Of a stretch of 64,000 bases of DNA, positions 56,801 through 64,000 are shown one piece after another. How positions within the stretch are numbered: position 1 is the stretch's first letter; every line of letters starts with the position of its first letter. This DNA comes from Phoronis australis (taxonomy: Eukaryota; Animalia; Phoronida). A program made the translations under genes and the position numbers. The stretch covers positions 352,085-416,084 of the forward strand of contig NMRA01000404.1 in the NCBI GenBank assembly GCA_002633005.1, read 5' to 3'. The notes under the pieces are model-generated. The model saw only the letters and a list, made by a program, of their open reading frames with translations, made no database searches and had not been told where the DNA came from.

Positions 56801-59800
56801 ATAATGTACCCATTTTCGGCTGCTTTGAGTCTTGATCGATTTTAAGGCATTCACTACTTTTTGGGAGCTCTCTCGATGCTACATTTGGTTAGGTATAGAT
56901 AATTACTTGTAGACTCCCTTGTTACCTTATGGGTGTTATCCCAGCCTACCCGCGATCGAGAACGCCCGGAAGGCGATCGAGAACGAGACCTTGCACCAAA
57001 AATGGCAGACGACAGTTACGTACCCGGTGAGTTTCAAAGTCATTATCCTTTCATCTACGCAGACACCACTCGGGCCTACCCGGCCCGATGATTAGGCCCT
57101 ATGTGAAGTGCTTAATTTGAATTGGAAGCAAATTCAAAATTAAAATTAACTTGGTTATGATTGTGGTTAGTAGTAGCTGTAGCAATTTTTGTTGTTGACC
57201 ATCTATATCTTATCGTATCGGATAGGCTAGGGCTAGATCTTTTCCGTGGGGAGGCTCGACCGAGCCCCCAGAACCCCCCAGCTACGGGCCTGCACAAGCA
57301 TTATAGATGTTGCTTGTTTTCTTGAGGAACAGACATCAGGACGCCTACATGCCTATCGGTGGTCGCATTGAAGATTATACAAAATTGACTGAATATCGAC
57401 AGAGAAACCGTCTGCCATCTGTTAGGAATCTTAGATACCGATGGGGTACGATGCAGAGCACGGAAGAGGCTGCAGACACTTGTTTCGCGGCACTAATTTC
57501 ATGTGGCACATTGACTTTTATGATAAACTGAAGCATTTTGCATGGATGAGTTTTCCAGGACAGAAAGATACTGTGGTTTCATCGAACACAACAAGAAGTG
57601 ATCCAAAATTTATCCCTGGCTATTATATCATGAAATGAAAGCAGGGTGCGACAGAAACATGTGTCCAAGGGTGTTAGGGCAGATTTCGGTATGAGAGCAA
57701 CAAATGCAGAATTTTTTGCAACGAAATTGCCTTGATGCGTTTGTTGGCGAAAAAGTGTCCATGTTCGTAACAATAAGAACAATTAGCGGATTGAGTTTTG
57801 GTGGAATATCTTGCATTGTGCCCAATTATGGAGGAGCATTTTTCATGAGCTGAACAACAACGGCGAACTAGAAAGATTATTGTCACGGCGCGACAATAAC
57901 GGACTCTGCGCGTGCGTATTACTGGAATTATTATGGGAAGTTACTGACAGCAACCCGTTTACCAATATGAAAAGGAATTCTTTAAAATTGTAGGAGAAAT
58001 TACATATTAATTTTTTGATGACCTTTCCACTAATTGACCTCTTNNNNNNNNNNNNNNNNNNNNNNNNNNNNNNNNNNNNNNNNNNNNNNNNNNNNNNNNN
58101 NNNNNNNNNNNNNNNNNNNNNNNNNNNNNNNNNNNNNNNNNNNNNNNNNNNNNNNNNNNNNNNNNNNNNNNNNNNNNNNNNNNNNNNNNNNNNNNNNNNN
58201 NNNNNNNNNNNNNNNNNNNNNNNNNNNNNNNNNNNNNNNNNNNNNNNNNNNNNNNNNNNNNNNNNNNNNNNNNNNNNNNNNNNNNNNNNNNNNNNNNNNN
58301 NNNNNNNNNNNNNNNNNNNNNNNNNNNNNNNNNNNNNNNNNNNNNNNNNNNNNNNNNNNNNNNNNNNNNNNNNNNNNNNNNNNNNNNNNNNNNNNNNNNN
58401 NNNNNNNNNNNNNNNNNNNNNNNNNNNNNNNNNNNNNNNNNNNNNNNNNNNNNNNNNNNNNNNNNNNNNNNNNNNNNNNNNNNNNNNNNNNNNNNNNNNN
58501 NNNNNNNNNNNNNNNNNNNNNNNNNNNNNNNNNNNNNNNNNNNNNNNNNNNNNNNNNNNNNNNNNNNNNNNNNNNNNNNNNNNNNNNNCAAAGGTTATTG
58601 GGTGCAAACTAAAATTTTGAGCTAGAGACTTCAGAATTACGAATCTGTTTACTAAGTGCGATTGAGTATGAATTCTAAATTTCCAGGTCATTTGGTGCAC
58701 CCATGGGGTCATTAGGTGCATTTTTCTTCTAAAAGTTTGACCACTTCATTCATCTTGTATTCTGAAGTGCTTAAAGTAAAACATCTGTGATTATTAGCAT
58801 TAACCACACTTTTAATCGAGTTAACAATTACTCCCTCATCGGGGCTCATAATGCACCGGAAGAGGTCAATTAGTGGAAAGGCAATCAAAAAATTAATATG
58901 TAATTTTTCCTATAATTTTAAAGAATTACTTTTCATAATGGTAAACGGGTTGCTGTCAGTAACTTCCCATAATAATTCCAGTAATACGCACGCGCTGTCC
59001 GTTATTGTCAAGCCGTGACAATAATCTTTCTAATTAATATATGCCATTCTCTGGTGTTTTAGGTAAAGTTTCACACTGACGAGGGCTTGACGAGAGTGGA
59101 ATGTCCACCGCATTTCATTCTCACATAATCGCCATGTACCATTAGGGCGGACAACAGTCCTCCTTGCCGCGACTCTGCGATGCGCAAGACCTATGCATAC
59201 TTGTGCAACTTGATAAAACAAAACTGTTTGAAAGAGAATGTACAGTCAGTTGCATTTACTCCTGTGATAGGGACGTGTTTGATGTGTGCTCCATCTTGAT
59301 GGCGGAAAAGGGTATTTCTGTCCCACGTGACTCGAATGAAGGCCTTCATTTATACCAACTCCTTAGAATGCTGGTAAACAGAGAGCTGTAATGCTAAACT
59401 ATATGTATCGTGTTGAAATTTGGAAAGGTCTCTGGCGTCGGGAAGTATTCTGTCCAGAAACAGAACAAAAACCCAAAGAAGTGTAGTTAGCCTTTGAGGA
59501 ACAGTGTTGACTTAAAAGCCGAAAAAGAAAGGTCAAAGGATGATTTCGTTTGTCAGTTCACTTCCATCTGATGTAATATTAAATCAAGTGTTACAGTTTA
59601 AGATATCTGATTTTGTATGAATCTAATTTCAACAGGAAACTTTTAGCTCTCTCTCTCACACATTCTGTTGAACTAAAAAACCAAACCTCCTTACTGTTAA
59701 GCACAGAGTTATGTATAGCAGGCGCATAGTTTGCTGCGTTATGTCTTCGTCTACCTTTTCATTTGTTGTTGCAGTCATAGAGGCATGACCGCGTTCAGCA

Positions 59801-62800
59801 GAGCTCACAAAGAAGTGGCTTGGCGAAAACGCATGTTCTATTAGTACTGAGTGACGGCGGGATACGATATTACAGTACATGCTGGTACATAAAATTTGAG
59901 AAGAATATCGACTTCGTTCCTTAAAGCCCCTAGCAGAGCCAAGTAGTCTAGGTAAAGCCTAATTATTTTCAAACCAGAATAACTCTAGTTCACGCCGGCG
60001 AATATTCATGTTCAAGCAATGTGTGAACTGCATTCGATTCATGAATTAGTGTGTAATTAAGAACGGTAACATGCCGTAGTAAAAAGAAACAAAAATCGAA
60101 CGGTTTCATGCAAAGCAATGACCAAAAGAAAGATGGTGCTGTATGTGGTTTTAATGAAACAAAATGCAACGCATGTACAGACACACATTTTTTTTTCAAA
60201 TCACTACATGTTGAAACTTCATAGAAGGGAATACAAGTCGCTGATTTACTGGATATCGATGTGTATCAGTATAAGACAAAGAGAAGGAAAAAAGCTGCAA
60301 AAAAGCGGGAGAAAACAAATTGAAAGCTTAGAATGTTTTATTTCAATTTCGAAGTTTAAACTTTTCACATGCACGAAATAGCCACAAGTGTTTTAAAAAT
60401 TGTCAAATCTCTGTTTGTAATTGGCGCTTCCAATACATTGCTTGAACAAGCCCCCCCCCCAAATTAGCGAAGTGGGCAAAAAGGTCCGCCTCAGAGAAAC
60501 AAATAGACCGAAAAAACGAGAGAAAAGTCCACTAAAAAGGCACGAACGCACAATTCACGGCTCTGAACGTGGTGCCTCGTTTTTTAGTCCCCGCATTTTT
60601 TGCTAGTAAAAGGTTCACATCGCCGCAAATTCGAACAATATATTTTTGGCTGGGTGTGCGCATGGTTTCACGATGGCCGACAACCATGTTATCGTTGGAC
60701 AGTTCAGAGTTTTTAAATTCGTCTTGCGTGTTGAACAACAGATTTACTACATTTTAACATTGAGAGAGGCCTCCGCTTAAGAGACCCGCTGTCGAATCTG
60801 TTGTTTGTCCTGTTCATGTCGCACCACATTAGAAACAATGAATGAATTAATTAGTGGCGCTTCAATAGTCGAACAAGAAATTAAAGTAGCCCGGTATGCA
60901 GATGCTATTGTTCTTTTTTTAAAGTTGAACAATCCGGGGATGCCGTTTACAATTTCAAAATACTTTTGGGCTCCAGTTATATTATGAAAAATGTGAAGTC
61001 CAGTTATATTGTGAAAAATGTGAAGTCCAGTTATATTGTGAAAAATGTGAAGGTATTTATGTTTTTTTCATATAATAAATCCCAAAGAGATCTATCTCTG
61101 TACGGTATCAGTTTGCCTCAAAAGCTCATTGCGAGTCTAAAAATATATTTCGGCGGAAAAGCGAGTGATGTTGAAAAAATAAATTTTGAAGAAAGAAATA
61201 AAAACATGAAAGACCTTTTCATTATATGGAAATTACGGAACTGCCCACAAAAGGTCGAATTTACATTTCAAAAACCTTTGGTTTGTCGAAACTGATACAT
61301 GCAGTGTAAACTGTCGTAATTTCAAAAAAAAATTAGAACTTCAAGATTTTATTTGGATAAACAAACGACCCAAGGTTGATGAAACAGTGACAACCTTGTC
61401 TTATGAAGACGGCGGATTGAGATCTCCTAACATCATGATGGATATTTAATAGGATTGAACGATTAAATAGTCCTGATGAGGCAAGTTGGAAGATTTACCC
61501 AAGCTATCTTTTTAGTCGCTTTGGGGGTGTCCTTATTTTTCATTTTTAAAAATTTTTAATATAAAATTATTAATCATTTTTAAAAGGATGTTCTGTCTGT
61601 TCCGGACTTCCTTAATCCTGCAACATTTCGCGTAGTTCCAATTACTAAACACGTGACTTAGAACAGTTGTAATATTCCCGTCAATGGTAAATCGTGTTTT
61701 ACCATGATCTCTAAAAGAGAGGTCTGATCTTTTGTGATGATACTTTAGACAGTGAAAATAAAATTTTTAAATGGAAATACAAGAAAAATCATGACATGAC
61801 AGATGCTTCTATGAAATATTTTAATTCGGTGACGACACTTTTGAAGAAAGTTGTGGGAGGGATTGAAGGAAGACTCGTTAGTTGTAATAATTTTAGATTT
61901 TTATTTTCGATCAGTCCAATTCATGGGTTAAAGACTTCTTTGTACACATACATCCTGTAAAACACACAATTATCTTTTTTAGGTAATTGTTATACTGAAG
62001 ACGAAGTAAAGAAAGTATATCGCCTTCCTTTCGTGCTGCCCATAAACCCTCCATTTCCCAGTATTTAAATATTTCTTTATTCACAAAAGAATTTAAACTA
62101 ATAGAATGTTAAACATTCTTGGTTACTCAGAATCTGATCATTGTCCCTAGTGTGGCGAGGTTCAGACCCATCACGTGCTTTATACCTGTCTCTATGTTAA
62201 ATGTACCTGGAACTCACTTCACCTTAGTAACGTTTTCAATTTGCATATTGACCTATTTCTATAAGTTTGCATATAAATTTGCATAATGACTTATTTGTTT
62301 CAGTTTGCTTATAAATTTGCATATTGACCTATTTGTATCAGTTTGTTTCTTTGAAAAAGAAAGTACCCTAGTCACTGCCCTATGCAGCCATGCTTAATAC
62401 TATAGCTAAACTTGATGGAGACGGGGGTCTCCACCTTGTTTTACTATCAAACTGCTTGAAACAGTGAATGCTACAGTCTTTAATGCCTCGGACAAGAATG
62501 TAGATCAGTGGAGGAGTTTGTAGGCATATCTGTGAATAATGCATTGAATAACTTCCTTAGAAATGATAATATTTCGTAATACTTATTGTACAGTTATTTT
62601 TGCGAGTGTGAATGCGTGCGTGAAAGTAAGACCCTCCTTTCTTTCACTCCTTTCATATTGATAGCATAGTTAATTTTATTATTTTCTTTTTCTTTGTTTG
62701 TAAATATTTACTCTTTACTAATATTGTGAGTGTGTGTACTTCGGGCTACTCACCCCTTAGCCACATCCAATCATGATTTATGGGTTACATAAAAAACATC

Positions 62801-63723
62801 GCGTTCGTACGAGGCAACGGAAAAACATTATTTGCGCTAATTTTGCAGCGAAGCCGACACAAGCTAAGTTTACTGATGAAGAGAATATTCTTCTAAAACA
62901 GTTGCCTTGAATCTGGGTTGCTCTGACGCTAACTTTTGCAACTCTCTCGCATACAGCAATTATGAGTATATTAGGAACGATAGATGGACACGTGGCAAAA
63001 GACTTAGAAACATTTTAACAAACCTTGGCATAACATTTGATCTTCATTGAAAACACAAACTTTGTCGTTGGGACACTCTAGTCGACAGGGGGCCTTGTCG
63101 TCGCACAAGATTCCTTCATACCGGTGGGGACATACACAACGCGAAGTGGTGTTGGACGATGCAACACATTCGCCGCCATTCCTGCACTTAAGATTACAAG
63201 TGATGTTACACAGCTTTCCTCCCCAATCTTGTTCACACTCACATTTGGACACCAGTGTGGCTTTATTATTGTACGTGAAAGGAACCTCCAGGCAATGTCC
63301 GTGAACGCATGGGTAACCTCCACAAAGCTGGGGTCTAGTCTTCACGGTGCGCTTCCTGAAAAGCAAATCTATATCCGGGAGCTGGGGCAACGAGACGCAG
63401 CGAGATGAACACTCATAGAGCCCGACCACGCACGTGGTTCCATTACTACACACCCTTGTTTTGCATGGATAGCACAACTGTGGGAATGTGCTCATGTTCG
63501 TGGGGCGAGCCTCACCCCTGCTGACGCCAACACTTGGGATCATTTTACTTTCTTGATCTTTCACAGGGGATTGTCTATTTGTAGCGGTGCGGTTTTCTGT
63601 CATACTGTTACCTGGTAGCATAGGTTGTCTCCGTCTCCGCACGATTTCAACTCCTGTAGCTCTGAGAAGCGTCACCAAATATAGCAGTAAATGCCCGGTC
63701 ACTAATGATGTCAGAGTATTCAT
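26399..63723 (-). CDS. EGF-repeat / transmembrane / TIR receptor; model joins exon A to the constant exons (474 aa)
   Basis: join(63024-63723, 29378-29533, 28331-28474, 26399-26823) = 1425 nt, all junctions phase 1, one open frame: signal peptide, EGF-like repeats, TM, TIR. The long first intron is inferred from phase match only. Confidence 0.6.
27055..27130 (+). mobile_element. tRNA-derived SINE head
   Basis: A-box-like GTGGCCAAGTG and B box GGTTCGAGTCCC. Confidence 0.5.
28331..28474 (-). CDS. TIR domain, N-terminal exon (constant exon 2)
   Basis: ttttacag|AC...AGA C|gtaagt; box 1 YDAFVSY and box 2/BB-loop [12 protein letters not shown]. Confidence 0.92.
29378..29533 (-). CDS. Transmembrane exon (constant exon 1)
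   Basis: cttttccttag|AT...GAT G|gtaagt; (D)[35 protein letters not shown] is a TM helix with a basic stop-transfer; phase 1 at both ends. Confidence 0.85.
29803..30228 (-). mobile_element. Dispersed repeat with a tRNA-like segment; copies at about 41305-41605 and 42555-42858
   Basis: Shared gatacaaccgtgtaa...ttcgaaccc...tttaccactacaccact...ctttgacttgagcattata; A and B boxes on the minus strand. Confidence 0.7.
31290..32185 (+). mobile_element. Degraded Penelope-like retroelement (RT + GIY-YIG endonuclease)
   Basis: RT remnants [28 protein letters not shown]; endonuclease [22 protein letters not shown]; many frameshifts. Confidence 0.8.
32186..35661 (+). mobile_element. Degraded Ty3/Gypsy LTR retrotransposon with integrase before RT/RNase H (Gmr1-like) and a probable 3' LTR
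   Basis: AVTTRAQA (32525, 33045), integrase zinc finger [12 protein letters not shown] (33325), core ILSDRGT (33657), LQWKGTYEV (34180), then RNase H region [13 protein letters not shown] and VVQTDQKPL (34590-34840). Candidate LTR tgtcac(35022)...tgtaaca(35661) with TATAAA and AATAAA. Confidence 0.8.
37450..39380. mobile_element. Kolobok-like DNA transposon derivative (TTAA target duplication, 15-bp TIR)
   Basis: ttaa|aggagaatgccaccc...gggtggcattctcct|ttaa. Inside: a frameshifted THAP remnant on - ([21 protein letters not shown], from 39208) and a Cys-rich remnant on + ([24 protein letters not shown], about 38680-38815). Confidence 0.8.
39728..40467 (-). pseudogene. EGF first exon C (signal peptide + EGF repeats), disrupted
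   Basis: Paralog of A and B. The start is ACG (40465-40467) where A and B have ATG. A 4-bp insertion near 39980 splits ORFs 39970-40446 and 39705-39959. The donor CAA G|gtttgt is retained. Confidence 0.8.
40495..44445. mobile_element. Foldback-like TIR element between exon C and its upstream block
   Basis: Left atgtcagaatcttacatggatgttagcc versus right ggttgacaaccatgtaagaatctgacat; inverted subterminal arrays of ttggatgtcaaccaactaac (40575-40690 and 43795-44355). The exon B/A upstream homology resumes at about 44446. The span includes the gap-flanking duplicate. Confidence 0.75.
41678..42855. repeat. Near-identical copy of 40428-41605 across an N gap (probable allelic or assembly duplication)
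   Basis: About 1.18 kb differing by scattered SNPs and bounded by the gap at 41606-41677. Confidence 0.85.
44584..45030. mobile_element. MITE-like element related to 30240-30660
   Basis: attgcatggcgaagtcgtt versus aacgactttggcatgtaat; the same end (acgacttcgccatgtaat) occurs at 30641. Confidence 0.55.
45190..47560 (-). mobile_element. Degraded CR1/L2-like LINE
   Basis: Minus-strand RT motifs [12 protein letters not shown] (about 46150), HLYAGDTA (about 46080), [10 protein letters not shown] (about 46330); frameshifted throughout. Confidence 0.75.
47610..50450 (+). mobile_element. Degraded L1/Tx1-like LINE with an internal insertion (about 48020-49340)
   Basis: [43 protein letters not shown]; paralogous to 60700-62560. 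Confidence 0.75.
50987..51731 (-). pseudogene. EGF first exon B (signal peptide + EGF repeats) with one in-frame nonsense codon
   Basis: ORFs 51378-51731 and 50922-51365 share a frame. TGA at 51378-51380 sits at the conserved EGF Gly position ([11 protein letters not shown]). The ATG and the donor CAA G|gtttgt are intact; length 745 = 3n+1. Confidence 0.8.
52195..52405. repeat. 36-bp minisatellite, about 6 copies
   Basis: Unit ataggacaactataaatgtgtgcaatggagtttatt. Confidence 0.9.
54260..55759 (+). mobile_element. THAP-containing non-autonomous DNA transposon (PIF/Harbinger or ISL2EU-like) with a nested insertion
   Basis: 18-bp TIR aatagcggatttgcagcg / cgctgcaaatccgctatt. THAP motif CCVPGC..SFYVYP..WINNIRR..KPTRGH|RVCSEHF is split by 54561-55311, which is flanked by ggggccatc direct repeats. 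Confidence 0.8.
57310..59390 (+). pseudogene. Degraded transposon-derived integrase-like (DDE) gene, interrupted
   Basis: [22 protein letters not shown]-like, RIEFWWNIL and, after the insertion, REWNVHRI motifs; frameshifted. Confidence 0.6.
57866..59035. mobile_element. Two inverted ends of the same Helentron-type family as 22395, separated by an N gap
   Basis: 57866-58043 matches about 22395-22571; 58589-59035 is the reverse complement of about 22395-22840. Confidence 0.85.
60700..62560 (+). mobile_element. Degraded L1/Tx1-like LINE, co-duplicated with the EGF exon unit
   Basis: [25 protein letters not shown]; collinear with 47610-50450. Confidence 0.75.
63024..63723 (-). CDS. EGF first exon A, intact (signal peptide, RRRR, spacer, one degenerate and about three EGF-like repeats)
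   Basis: Uninterrupted [27 protein letters not shown]...[11 protein letters not shown]...[12 protein letters not shown]...CRNGGEC...[12 protein letters not shown]. Phase-1 donor CAA G|gtttgt at 63023; TATAAA on - at 63764-63769. Confidence 0.88.
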
Positions 63724-63739
63724 GGTTTACGTTGCTTCT

Positions 63740-63845
63740 GTTTTCCGAGAGCATCACCTCTGCTTTATAAAAATGTAATCGTAAAAGCGGAACTAAGTGA
63801 CATGGAACGATTCAATCTGTGACGCAAAAATCGATGAATGCCCAG
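63740..63845 (-). promoter_or_regulatory. Putative core promoter of exon A, conserved upstream of B (about 51750-51835) and in the displaced block of C (about 44445-44545)
   Basis: TATAAA about 40 nt upstream of the ATG in A and B (51774-51779), TACAAA in C; shared + strand motif tg(t/c)gacg..aaaatcgatgaat in all three. Confidence 0.5.
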
Positions 63846-64000
63846 TAAACGTTTACTTTGCGGACCAGCAAAAGCTGCTATTGGCTCGGTAACGTCGGAT
63901 TCATTCAGACATCGGAGCATAAACTAGCCAGCACTGTCACGATTACCGTTTGCCGCTTCTGGCATTTCAACTGGCGTGCCATAACGATGCCGACAAGTGC

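Noticed and set aside
57843-58721. Long ORFs of 192-292 aa
   Set aside because: They run through the N gap.

Overview
Animal genomic DNA with GT-AG introns and many repeats; the gene and repeat types suggest a lophotrochozoan such as a mollusc (inference). Left part: the last three coding exons of an MFS (oxalate:formate antiporter-like) transporter on +, converging on a complete 17-exon DLGAP5/HURP-like gene on - (5668-18192, 923 aa by my splice model) with a CCAAT-CDE-CHR cell-cycle promoter. The main result is a minus-strand receptor locus with a variable/constant layout. One set of constant exons (TM 29378-29533; TIR 28331-28474 and 26399-26823) lies downstream of three tandem paralogous first exons: A 63024-63723, B 50987-51731, C 39728-40467. 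Each first exon encodes a signal peptide plus a whole multi-EGF ectodomain, has a homologous TATA-type upstream block, and ends in the same phase-1 donor matching the TM acceptor, as in clustered protocadherin or UGT1A loci. Only distal A is intact. B has one nonsense codon; C has ATG>ACG, a 4-bp frameshift and a TIR element between exon and promoter. Splicing of A to the TM exon is inferred from phase, not shown. The rest is transposon debris (Helentron-type, Penelope, Gypsy with integrase before RT/RNase H, Kolobok-like, THAP, LINEs, tRNA-derived SINEs, MITEs), minisatellites and gap-flanking duplications that are probably assembly artefacts.
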